DNA of 63,915 nucleotides, filler included, from Squatina squatina (lineage: Eukaryota): NCBI GenBank assembly GCA_031763465.1. It is 4 parts of 4 records of this genome, joined end to end, with 100 filler letters (N's around TTAATTAATTAA, not from the genome) between each part and the next. Parts side by side here need not be neighbours in the genome. Positions count along the whole stretch, not along the records: positions 33,748 to 51,501 come from JARFOE010000080.1; 3 more parts are not named here. One strand, given 5' to 3'. Positions within the stretch are counted from its first letter, which is position 1. Each line of letters starts with the position of its first letter. Shown here piece by piece: positions 36,293 to 48,480 of the stretch. The notes under the pieces are model-generated. The model made no database searches and was not told the origin of the DNA. It saw nothing but the letters and a program-made list of their open reading frames with translations. The position numbers were made by a program, and so were the translations under genes.

Positions 36293-38334
36293 GGGAAGAC
36301 ATAGAAGTCTGTGTGTGTACCATCAGTCACCGTGAAAGAAAAGCTATCTTCAGAAAATTCAGTCCCATCGTGTCTGTAACTGATGAGGTTTTCATTCAAG
36401 TCCTGCTTCGTAAAAGATGTGACCGGCAAGGTGCGGTTGAATAGCAGCTGTCCATGAACAGGCACTTGTGTCACAGTAAATCGCAACAAGCGATCAGGTG
36501 TGTCTCGGTCTTCAACCGTCAATTCAAATGGCGTAATTAGTTTTACTTCTCCTTCATTCACCACCAACTCGTGCAAAGTAAGAACAGGTTTTTTGTTGTC
36601 AACATCACTGATGGAGATTCTGAAAGTGCGAAACACAGGGTTGTAACCATCTGTGACTTCAAATTCAAAACTGTCCATTTTCACCTCATCATCGGATGTG
36701 TGAATATAGTAAACTTTGTTACCAGCTAGCTGAAGCTGTGTGAATGTTGTGATAGGCACTCCTGGCTCGTCTGTGCATTCCAGGTGACCACGAACGGGAG
36801 CTCGGGTAATACTGAAAAGCAGATATTCATCAGGGCTATTCAGGTCAGTGGTACTAAGTAAATCTGTTGTAAGAGTTACTTTTCCACCTTCCTTCAGAGA
36901 GACTCCTTTGCTGACCACATCAGGGAAGATCATGTCAATACCACCAATAGAGACATAAAAGTAACGATCAATGAGTGGATTGATGCCATCTGTTACATCA
37001 AACTTGATGAGATCGCGGATGCCTTCCTGGCCTGTATGTGTATACTGAATCAAGTTTCTGTCAATATCGTCCTGGGTAAAATTCATTCCTACCGTAACAT
37101 TTTCAAAGTTGCCTGAAGGGAGGAGATGTTGCAAGAGACCTTGACTTGGTCCATAACGTATAATGTACATAAGTGTTTTGTCATCTGAATCTAGATCTGT
37201 TGCTTTAAGAATTTTATCATTTACTGTTTTGGTTTCTCCGATCTCAATTTCTAGTCCATCATTTATAGTCATTCTTGGGGTCTCATCATCAAGTGGAATA
37301 ACCATTATAATTACTGTTTTTTCAACACTGTGCTTCCCATCAGTAAGTCGAATGTCAAAACTGTCTTCCTTGGTTTCAGAATCATTATGCTCATAAACAA
37401 TGCTGGAGCCGTCTCTGATCTGATCTAAAGTAAAGCTGTCAACAAGGACAGTACCTGTGGTAAGCTGATTTACTATCTGACCATGCTTTGGTGGATTAAT
37501 GATGGAAAAAGTTAAGTCATTGGCAGGGATGTCACCATCTGCAGCATTGAGAATAGGGGTGTCAATAACAAGACTCATACCCTCCATCACAACAAACTCC
37601 CTCATGAAAATATCTGGTTTTTCATCATTTGCAGGGATGATGATAATAGGAAAGAAGTGCCTCTGTGAGAAGTTAATGCCATCAGAGCAGCGGAATGTAA
37701 ACCTATCCTCCACTGGTTCCACAGTTTTGTGAATGCTCTGAACATAATTAATGTGTCCAAGACGTATTTCTTTAAAAGTGAAAGCAGTGATCGCAGTTCC
37801 TGCACGAGATTTCTCAGACCCAGGAGCTGGTGAAATGTTCTCTACATAGCCAGAAGTAGCTTGCACAATAATATTACAGAGAATATCATCATCATGGGTA
37901 TCAAAATCTTCAGCTTTTAAATTTTTCAGTGTTATTGCATTTTTATCGCCTTCAACCACAGTAAACTGTTTTCCTACAATAACTTCTGGAGCTTGACTAT
38001 CAACAGGAAGGATGGTCACTTGTACACGAACACCTTGTACTTTGTTTCCTCCAATATTCCACTCGTCAGACATGTCGGTGAGAGTCAAATTAAAAGAATC
38101 TTCCCTTCTTTGTAGTCCTATCTCACCAGTTGTGTGTGTATAAATCACAACCCCATTGATGATGTCTTGTTGTGTAAATCTTTCAGCGGGGATTCCATTA
38201 ACCAAGATCTCTCCCAGTTTAGGTTGGTCCTCGACAATGAAAGTCAATCTAAGATCATCTGTGTCTTCATCTGTTCCTTGGATGACATTAGTTGTTATTT
38301 CAGTGGCTCCATTTTCCAACACATCTAAGTATGA
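36293..38334 (-). CDS. FREM2: FRAS1-related extracellular matrix protein 2, giant exon 1, 3' part (CSPG repeats)
   Basis: ~680 uninterrupted codons from [14 protein letters not shown] to [11 protein letters not shown]. Includes [29 protein letters not shown] and [30 protein letters not shown], matching recalled vertebrate FREM2. Both ends run into N gaps. Confidence 0.9.
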
Positions 38335-38577
38335 NNNNNNNNNNNNNNNNNNNNNNNNNNNNNNNNNNNNNNNNNNNNNNNNNNNNNNNNNNNNNNNNNN
38401 NNNNNNNNNNNNNNNNNNNNNNNNNNNNNNNNNNCCTCGCTACATCAATACATCATACTACCGTCCATCCCACATTGACCCAGTAACCTGACAAAACACA
38501 ATGCTGTAGTGAATAAAGAATAACATATATGTTTATGTGCATGAAGAAAAATAATACATCCAATAACAGTTTTATCA

Positions 38578-40063
38578 CTCATCACCATTGTGCACATATG
38601 CTATTTTCCCATTAGCTATATCATTTAAATTAAATGCTTCTCCCTCAATTATACTAACACCAGCATACTGCAACTGACCATGTTTTGGAAGCTGAGAAAG
38701 TGTAAATGTTATCTGGGGTCCATCAGTGTCTGCATCTGTAGCATCCAGTTCAGCCCTTGTAACTAGAAAAGTGTCTCTTTCAAACATTGTAAAGCCAGTG
38801 TTGGTTATTTGAGGTGGTTTGTTGTCCACAGGCTGCAGAAAGATTGTACATGTCCCACCGACACTGTTCCCTGCCGTGTCTTCTACTGTAAACTCAAACT
38901 GAACAACGTGGGGAGTAATTCCAAGTTCCACATCTGGAGGTCTGTAGGCAATTTTGTGGTGGTTGACCTGAGCTTGAGTAAACTCCACCACTAAAGTAGT
39001 GGGACTTTCAGTTAATACTATGTTGCCCATTTGCACGGGATTGTTTTCATCAGTGTCGGTGGGGGACTTTGTAATGGTGTACTTCAAATCTCTGTCATCC
39101 GAATCGAGATCAGTGTAACGAAGAAATTTCCTCCGAAAATATGTCAAGCGGTACTCTTCAACGATCATCTGTAAAGTGCTTCCTGGATATAATTCGGGAG
39201 GAATGTCATCCACTGGTTGGATTTTGATGATGAAAGTATGCTCGCCTGACTGATTCGGAGGGTCGTTGTCATCTTGCACACGGAATACGAACTGGTCCAT
39301 GACCGTCGTGGTGCTGTGAGGTCCGACATGTCTGTAGAAGAGTTTGCCGTCGAGGATGTCCTGCTGGGTCCACTCCGAGACCACCTTCTCGAAAGCGCCG
39401 TTCTTCTCCAAGAACCGCCATTGGTGGAGGTCGGCGGGCGGCTCCACTTGACGGAGGACCAGCTCGCCGAGCTCGGAGAGAGGGGGCTCGACGACGAAGC
39501 GGACGGTCGAGTCTTCCGAGTCGACGTCGGTGGCGCTGAGCACGAAGGGTGAGATGGGCGCCATCTGGTTCTTGGCCAGCACCAGGCCGGTGTTGGCGTT
39601 GAGGATGGGCGGCTCGTCGTCGGTCGGCACGATGGTGATGGGGAAGAGGAACTCGACGTCATGGCGGCCGTCCGTCATGCGGAAGACGATGTTGTCGCTG
39701 TAGGTGTCGCTGCCGTCGTGCTGGTAGACGGCGACGCCGGCGTCCAGGTCGGCGGGGGTGAAGAACTTTCTGGGGGCGCCCAGCACCGTCAGCTGGCCGT
39801 GGCGCAGCCCGTCGAGCACGGTGATCCTCACCTCGTCCAGGTTGTCCTCGTCGCTGATGTGCAGGTTGCGGGAGCTGGACAGCGGCCGCGACTGGCCCTC
39901 GTACAGCAGCTGGCCCGTGTTGCGGCTCACCACCGGCGCCAGCGTCCTCATGGGCTTCACCACGATCATGAAGGCGAAGGGGTCGGAGGCGGCGCCCTCG
40001 GTGTCCAGCACCTCGAGCTCGAGCTGGAAAATCCGCTCGGCGTCCGAGTCGGCGGCCGGCGGC
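38578..40063 (-). CDS. FREM2: FRAS1-related extracellular matrix protein 2, giant exon 1, middle part
   Basis: ~495 codons from PPAADSDAERIFQLELEV..GAASDPFAFM to FTQAQVNHHKIAYRPP..IAYVHNGDE, collinear with FREM2. The N-terminal part and start codon are lost in the gap at 40064-40163. Confidence 0.9.
39270..40063. promoter_or_regulatory. CpG island over the 5' part of FREM2 exon 1
   Basis: Very high GC and CpG density that decays abruptly at ~39270. Confidence 0.75.
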
Positions 40064-40163
40064 NNNNNNNNNNNNNNNNNNNNNNNNNNNNNNNNNNNNN
40101 NNNNNNNNNNNNNNNNNNNNNNNNNNNNNNNNNNNNNNNNNNNNNNNNNNNNNNNNNNNNNNN

Positions 40164-40720
40164 GAGGTAGCGAGTTTAGAATGGGTGCACTGCTCACATG
40201 TGACATGGAGATGTATTGAGTTGGCACTGACTGCCTTGGCCAGCTTCTGTCACTGCTGCTATGCTGCTCTTCTGGTAGGCCTGAGTCACTCTGTGCCGAA
40301 GCATTTCAACACCTTCATCGGTGAACCAGGGAGCTCTGTGGACCTTGGCAGATCTCACAGACATTCTTGAACAAAGGTTGTGCTGCAAAACAATTTTAGC
40401 TGGTGTGGTCCCTTTAAACTGTTGCAAGCCATTAAATCTTTTAGCGGCACACTAGTTTCTGCACCTTCCCATCAAATTGGAAGCTGCCAATAACTCCCAT
40501 TTTTTTATGATGGGAGCTTATCATCATTATCACAATTAGGCTAACCCCAGAAACTGTGGCAGGGTTGATCTACTTCATGGCAGGTAGGTGCGAATTGCAC
40601 TCCACCATTTTACAATAAATGGTCAGAAAAATAACAGGCAGTGTATCCTGTGATTTCCCGAGCTGTGCTCCCTGCGGGTGATACTTTTCACTGGGGGTGC
40701 CGGATGGTGGAATCAACCCT
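40164..40720 (-). mobile_element. Harbinger-like remnant with decayed Myb/SANT-like ORF2 start
   Basis: Minus-strand peptides RAPWFTDEGVEML and QKLAKAVSANS...TCEQC, with a terminus-like AATCAACCC at ~40711-40719. Confidence 0.5.
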
Positions 40721-41391
40721 TTCAAAATCACTTAACTGGGGTTTTTCCAGATTCTGAAGAGAATACGCAAAGTAAATCTGGATAAGATATATTCAGGGTT
40801 CAAATACCAGAGGAGGTAGTTAAAAATTAAGAATTTAGAAGTAAGAAGGGAAGGCCAATGGTAATAGCCTTGTGAAATAAGTTACATGGGGAGGCCTTTA
40901 TGAGCTTGTGTAAAATGGAGATGATTAAATATATTTCTGACAGAGAAACGATTGAAGGGTCTGGAGCAATGATAGCTAGCTAGAATTGATCTATCAGAAA
41001 AGGACAGTTTCGTTGAGCCTAAAGTCTTTTCACATTCCTATAAATTCTTAAAATTCCATCCTGGTTCAATCAAAACCAATATTTGGTTGACCTGCGCACC
41101 TCTATTTATCAAAGACGAGCCCTACAGTAACTGCTCACAATCTGGATACAATTATTACAGACAGACCATTTAGATATATTTATGTCTTGCTAACTCGATA
41201 AATCTGAGCAAGAGAAGTCAATCCTATAAACTACATTAGTAAATCAAGATTTTCACTGCCTGCAGTTACTGCACTGATACCCTCCATTACTTTATACAGA
41301 CAGAGTACTTACAATTGTTTTATTATGTTCCACTTCTGAGCATGAGCTTAATAATGTGGTATTGACTATGATCCCCAGCCTTTCCAGCATA

Positions 41392-41571
41392 ATGGGGGTG
41401 AAATTGACCTTGGATGGTAGAGCAAATTGGGCGACAGTGAATCAGCAGCCCGTTTTATACCCTCCCGCTTTTCTCTTCAATGGAAAAGAAAATCGAGCAG
41501 TGTGTAAAATAGGCTGCCGATTCGCTATCACCCATATTGCACTATTGCCCAAGACCAAGCTCACTCCCAAT
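41392..41571. mobile_element. Palindromic MITE, ~180 bp
   Basis: Left arm ATGGGGGTGAAATTGACCTTGG..TGGGCGACAGTGAATCAGCAGCCCGTTTTATAC is the imperfect reverse complement of the right arm GTGTAAAATAGGCTGCCGATTCGCTATCACCCA..CCAAGACCAAGCTCACTCCCAAT. Confidence 0.75.
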
Positions 41572-43667
41572 ATCTTACCGTTNNNNNNNNNNNNNNNNNN
41601 NNNNNNNNNNNNNNNNNNNNNNNNNNNNNNNNNNNNNNNNNNNNNNNNNNNNNNNNNNNNNNNNNNNNNNNNNNNNNNNNNNATGCCTCCACCTGGACTG
41701 TACATATTGCAGTAGCTCCCAGACAGAGCAGGCTAGAAGACCGATCAGAGCAATAAGTTTTGGCCTTTTATTAATTATTTCCCAAGTTTCTTTTCCCTCC
41801 AATTTTCTCCTTTTGTCTCTGAAGGGGCTGAGTACAGCTTCATGGGTGCTGCCTGCCCACTGGTGCATTGCTCAAGAGCTATTCATAATGTGTGAGCCTA
41901 GACAATGAGTATCGGGACATACACCACAGGATAGAACACCAGTAAGATTGAAAAGAATAGGAAGAAAATGAAGTAGTTCAAGAACAGTTAGGTAACATCA
42001 AACCAGTTTAAAAGCCTGAAGACTTTGGAGGAAGAGAAGACTAAGGGGAGTAAGGATTTCTATAGTTTTGAGGTAAAGAATGAGATGGAGTAATAGATGG
42101 TGCGTTGAATCTTGAATTCAACGTTGTGAGTTTTGCTGAAATATTTGAATCATTATCAATGCGGACCTAAGGCCAGTGTAATTTTAACAATGACATTGCC
42201 TTTTCACCCTTTCTGGAGAATACAGTGTGAATTACCTAGATGGGAATTGCTAATCTGTGTTGTTAAAGAAGCTTAGTACCTGAAACAATGTCATCTTGTT
42301 CAGGTCCTGGAGCAAAACCTTAATCCTTAGTTGTGGAAACAGTACATTGCTTTAAGACAATGATTAGCAGATGTTTTTGAGATACTCTGAAAGTCACTTG
42401 ATCCTCATTCTCTTCACTGAAGTATTACTGTCTATCTGTAATATAGTTTATCTGTGAAATCAACTTATTGTAGCTTTTCCCTCTTAACAGAAACTAGACC
42501 TTTGAGAACAATACGCACATTGTATTGATCTAGAACTTGCCCCCTTCAGCTATTAATGTCAAAAACTCAACTCTGAGTGTGTGTACAATACCAGTCTATC
42601 AGACAGCATAATAGGACCTTTCAGAAACATTAAACATCAATTGTTTAGGGCATTAGAAATAACTAATCAGTTATATAATAATAATAAAAGTAGGTGATCA
42701 TAAATATACATACTTGCACATACAGATAAATGTGTGCTGCGTGTTTACATTCCGACATACATTTGGATCAAAGACTTATGATGGGCTATTTCATTGGAGT
42801 TGCTTCTGCAACACTCGTTCATACAGATCAGCAACACACCACAACTTGCATTTATGTAGCACATTTAATAGGAAGAAACTCAAAGCCCTTAACAGAGCTT
42901 TGAGCAAGACAGACACTGAACTAAATGAGAGATTGAGAGAAGCTCAAATGCACAATTCTCTGAAAGTGTTGTAGATAAATCCATGAAAGGGACAATAGCA
43001 TGTTCAGTTTTATAGATATGAAAAGGAAAATCAAGAGCAAAGAGGCAATGATCAATTTGTACAAGGCAATAGTTAGCCACAGTTCACAGTTTTGAGCACT
43101 CTATTTATAGAAAGGACATTAAAACCATAGAGAGAACATAGTGTAGATTCACCAACATGATACCAGCAGTGAGAAACTACAGTCATAAGAAGAGACTTGA
43201 GATACTGGGAATATTTCCACCGCAACAGAGACAGCTAAAAATAAATGTATGAGAGAATGAGGAGAGGTTAGGATTGAACCTGGGATCTTCCTGGTCTGTA
43301 TAGCTCAGATACTTAGCCATTATGGGAGTGAAAAATGGAGTCTTATGTTTAAGTGTATGTTTGGGTTAAAGTATGTTGGGGTATTGCCACAAAATGGTCA
43401 CCAATTTTAGCTGTCTTTAAATTTGATATATCTACATAATTGTATGCAACAGTCACACTTATGCTGGCGCATGGCCACACAACTCCTTTCAAATATATCT
43501 ATCTATATCTAATCGTTTTCTGACAGTAATTGTTGCTATAAGGATTAAGAGTCACCCTTCAACATGANNNNNNNNNNNNNNNNNNNNNNNNNNNNNNNNN
43601 NNNNNNNNNNNNNNNNNNNNNNNNNNNNNNNNNNNNNNNNNNNNNNNNNNNNNNNNNNNNNNNNNNN

Positions 43668-44720
43668 TGAAGGTTACTATTGAATCTGCTTCCATCACTC
43701 TTTCAGGCACTGCATTCCAGATCATAACAGCTCGCTGCATTAAAATAAAAAATCCCCTCATTTCCCCTCTGTTTCTTTTGCCAATTAAATCTGTGGCCTC
43801 TGGTTACCAATCCACCCACCAGTGGAAATATTTTCTCCCTATTTACTCAATGAACATCTCTAATAATTTTGAGCACCTCTATCAAATCTCTCTTTAACCT
43901 TCTCTGCTCTAATGAGAACAATCCCAGCTTCTCTAGTCTCTCCACATAACAAAAGTCTCTCATCCCTGGTATCATTCTGATAAATCTCCTCTACACCCTC
44001 TCCAAGGACTTGGCATTCTTCCTAAATTGTGGTACCCTGAAAGGAACACTTATTTTAGCTAAGGCCTAACCAGTAATTCATAAAGGTTTAGCATAACTTT
44101 TGTACTCTGTGCCTCTATTTATAAAGCCAAGGATCCTGTGTGCTTTTTTAACAGCCTTATCAGCTTGTCCTGCTACCTTCAATGATTTGTGTGCATCAAC
44201 CCCCAGGTCTCTCTGTTCCGGCATCCTTTAACATTGTATCACTTAGTTTATATTGTCTCTCCTCATTCTTCCTCCCAAAATGTAACACGTCACACTTCCC
44301 TGCATTAAATTTCATCTGCCATGTATCTGCCCATTTCACCAGTCTGTCTATGTCCTCCTGAAGTCTGTTAGTATCCTCCTCACTGGTTACTACATTTCCA
44401 AGTTTTGTGTCATCTGCAGACTTTGAAATGGTGACCCCTATACCAAAGTCCAGGTCATTAATGCATATCAAAAAGAGCAGTGGTCCTAATACCGATCCCT
44501 GGGGGCCAACACTGTATACTTCCTTCCAGTCTGAAAAGCAACCATTCACCCCTACTCTCTACTTTCTGTCTTTTAACCAATTTTGTACCAATGCTGCCAC
44601 TGTCCCTTTACTCCCATTGGCTTCAATTTTAATAACAAGCTTATTATATTGCACTTTATTAAACACATTTTGGGAGTCCATATACACAACATAAACTGCA
44701 CTACCTTCATCAACCCTTCA
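43668..44720 (-). mobile_element. CR1 LINE RT and C-terminal fragment
   Basis: PQGSVLGPLLFLICINDLD...SKSADDTKLG...LQEDIDRLVKWADTWQMKFNAGKC. Confidence 0.93.
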
Positions 44721-47700
44721 GTTTTAACTCCATTATTTTAAAAATTGTATAAAATTAAGATGATGTCCCTATTTGTCATAATGCCTTTGAAGTACCGGGT
44801 TGAGGGGTAGAGATCCTTCACTAGGAGGATGAAAACAGTTTCTCCTGTAGGCTTGATCCACCCACAGACATGGCCAGCAACCCATTCCAGAATTGGGCTC
44901 GATGATTTGAATGGCCTCCTATTGTGCTGTAACGATTCTATGATTCAATAAGCACCATTTTCAGTATTAGTTATTAAGTCAACTCAGCAGCAGAAACTGG
45001 CTTCCAAGTACAATAGCCTTGGTCAGGTCAATCTGATCTTGGAGCAGCCTCTGTGGCCAGAATAGTAATCATTGCTGGTCACTGGTGTGTTAACCACTAA
45101 TTTATTCAAACAGCACATTTAAAAATTGTTTCCTGCAATACAATTTGGTGGTCTGTTGCTTTTTAGGCACTGAGATCTTCAACAACAGTGGTTTTGAGAA
45201 TTCTAGGTAAAATGTTTACTGAAGTACGATGATAAATACATTTGAAGTAAAACCTAAATGCTGCATACCAGAAAAACTTTAAAGAGAATCTCCTTTGTGT
45301 TTTGCTGCTTATATTCCCTCCTTCCTTCACTGTTGCTACCTTGTTGCTATGCTATCTCCTTTAGGCAGAATGCTGTTACTGATTTATTTATGGCTGCCAT
45401 TTTGCAATCAGATAACAGGAGATAATTTTATGCAAGGTTATTGGTTCTGACAATTTTTTGCCCCCCCCACAAGACAGCTACTTTGAACAGCTCTGTAAAG
45501 TGCTCTTGCAAGCCAACAAAACACGAGTCAGGCCAAGTTAAAAAACCAGTTCAATTTGAGGTTAGTGTCTCGACCCTCCTGTTGAGAGTTCACTACAGTG
45601 CTATTTAATTACTGGGTGGCAATGTTGTGGCAGTACTCTAACTTCTAGCGCATCTGAAATTCTCTGAAGTAGCTTATATAAAAATGATAGAATATTGTAT
45701 AAATATTGAGAGCTATTACTTTGCAGAAAACTTTAAACAGTTCGGTTTATTCATTGATAAAGTTCCCTCCTGCTCTGCTGAACGATTCTCAGTGTGCGCC
45801 TGTGTATCTGAAGGTTCCCTCCATTTCCCAAAGAGTTGTTATTTTTCATGCCAAAGCAAACATGCCCTGTGATACGCTAATTCAAAGAGAAACCCAGGGA
45901 GCCCTGCACAGTATCAGTCAGAATATATGTTGAAATTTCTACATTGAACAGGCTGATTCTAATCAATTGTGGACTCTGAGGTTCTTTACATAACAGCATT
46001 AGTTAGGTCACAATGCAGAACACATCTGTAATCTGATAATGATTTGTTTTGCTATTTTTTGTTGATCCACATGTGCTTTGACATTTTTTTNNNNNNNNNN
46101 NNNNNNNNNNNNNNNNNNNNNNNNNNNNNNNNNNNNNNNNNNNNNNNNNNNNNNNNNNNNNNNNNNNNNNNNNNNNNNNNNNNNNNNNNNTGCAAATTGC
46201 ATGGCCTCATTTTTGCCCTGAGAATTGTCTGTTGTAAAGAGGTTATGCATTGGGCAGGTGCAGCTGGGGGCCCAATTTTCCAATCCCTGCCCACTACTTG
46301 TGAGGCTCAGATGGAGCCTCAGAAAGTCAGAGCCACCAAGAAGAAGGATGTTTGTGTTAACGCAACAATCCATCTAGCTTTCGATCAGATAACTTCAACT
46401 ACAGGTGACAGCAATAAGCCCCTATGATAGTGGAAAACTAACAGAGGATATGGATGATGGTGTTATGCACACAAAGGGTGCACTTTATTTATTTCAGAGC
46501 CAAATACTTCCTATTGAGTGAAAGTTGGGTATTCACAAGTACATCTTAAATTTGTCAGTTCAAGTTATTTTAAGTTAAACATTATAATTGGCATTTTCCA
46601 CATATATTGTGGCTAATATATGTTTTTAACTCCAAATTAAATCGTGGGCAGGTGGAGTTTAAGCTTAACTGATGTAGTAATCAACCATTGAGACAGCAAT
46701 GTCTGTCCTTGATGAATTGAGAGGAAGAATATCCCAGTGATATAGTAATGGGTTTAAATGTAATCAGCTGGAACTCTGAGCAGACCTTCATGCAGCTAAT
46801 AGCAATCAGCTGAACCAAAAAGGCAGATTTTATTGATAGTTTGGCTGCTGGTCATATACTTGGCTGGAGAGTATATAACACACTTAGACATGTCAGAAAC
46901 TCCCTGTTGCATGACTAAAAGGATGACCTATATTACAGGGCTATAAATTTGTCACTTGCCATGAGTCTTAAGTGTTTGTACTATGAGACCTCGAAATTTG
47001 ATTGTGCTGGGCCCATTTTTCAGGTGTGGACCTGAGGTCCAATATGACTTCAACATTCCCTGCAGAAACGTTCATCNNNNNNNNNNNNNNNNNNNNNNNN
47101 NNNNNNNNNNNNNNNNNNNNNNNNNNNNNNNNNNNNNNNNNNNNNNNNNNNNNNNNNNNNNNNNNNNNNNNNNNNNGGACCTCCTGATTGATGCGTGGCT
47201 GCACGTTCGCGCACATTAGGAGCAACATTGAGTGGGACTAAATGGATAGCTCTTTCAAAGAACCGTCAGAGTTGCAATGGGTATAATGTGCTGTATGTAA
47301 TGTGTAGCCTGATGTAAGTTGTAGTTTCTGATAAGTACAGGATCCCTCATTATCTTGAGAAAACTCTGGATACAATAAATAACTTTCTATTTTACCTTAA
47401 ATGGATGTTGGTTTTAAAAATTACGCTTGATGTCATAAATATTGTAGTTGGACACAGAGTTTGACCATAAAGGTCATGAGATAATGGCCTTAACAAAGAT
47501 AGTGCTTCAGAGCAACTTGTGATATCTGCTGCTCCTTTAACCATCTGGGTCAATCCAAGTTAGAAGTTACTTCATTTAGGAGGATGATTTATAATGTATT
47601 GGGCAGATATAGGCAGTTAAATCTGAAACTGGGAATCAGCTGCTTCTGCAGCTGCAGTCCTGTCTGCACTTAATCAACAAACGTTTGTTTCCTGTTTTAA

Positions 47701-48159
47701 TTTAATGTACTATATGCCTCTGTTATTTTTGTAATGACAATTTTAGACTGCCTTACAATTTACATGACTTTTTTTGCTTTAAATGCCATAAAGGGTCACT
47801 ACAAGTAGAAACTAATAGCATGTACTCCGTACAGTAAGTTAGCTATAATGAACTGAAATATGGCATTAACACTCTGCTAAGTTCAGCCTTGTTGGAACAG
47901 ATGCCTTGCCAAATAATGAAGGGAAATAGATGGCTTGCCAAAATGCTATACAGCGCAGTGGAGGAGCCAACATTTTCAGATACCATATTGTGGGATGAAG
48001 TCTAAATTCTCATTGAAAATGATTTGTTATCTTACTCATTTGCTTTCTTATTGAGGAACAAGATCTGCTCGGTCATTTGTTTTCTTATTGAAGAACAACG
48101 TTCTTGAAACCAGGGTTTTTATTTTCCCCCACTACTTTATCTAGGAGTCTATACTATGT

Positions 48160-48480
48160 GTTGCTCATTCTTTGTGTGAAGAAGCATTTCTTGATATCAG
48201 TCCTAAAACTACCTTTTACCAACTTAAAATTGTTTCCTGCAGTTGTAATATTCTAGGGTAACCATTGCTAGCCTGTTAACAATTTTATATAACAGTATAA
48301 GATCACCTCTCAGCCACTTTCATTCTAGGATGAAAAGCCCAAGTCTCTCCAGTATTTCCTCATAATTCAGACTCCTGGCACCAGTCTTACAACTCTTCTC
48401 TTCAGTACCGTGAGGTTTGAATGCTTCCCTTATTTCTTGGTGACCACAACGCATTATTCAAGGTGACCAGAACATTGTCC
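48160..48480 (-). mobile_element. Old CR1 fragment
   Basis: GATCACCTCTCAGCCACTTTCATTCTAGG..AAAAGCCCAAGTCTCTCCAG is the reverse of the CR1 LGLFSLE..RLRGDL region. Confidence 0.6.

Noticed and set aside
39165-40219. Alternative-frame and antisense ORFs over FREM2
   Set aside because: These are shadow ORFs caused by the GC-rich codon usage of the real CDS.
40164-40227. ORF-track N-terminus MPTQYISMSHVSSAPILNSLP as the FREM2 start
   Set aside because: It is read through a 100-N placeholder from a transposon remnant. It has no signal peptide, and several hundred FREM2 residues are missing.
48036-48098. 26-bp direct repeat with 37-bp period
   Set aside because: A simple two-copy local duplication with no further structure.
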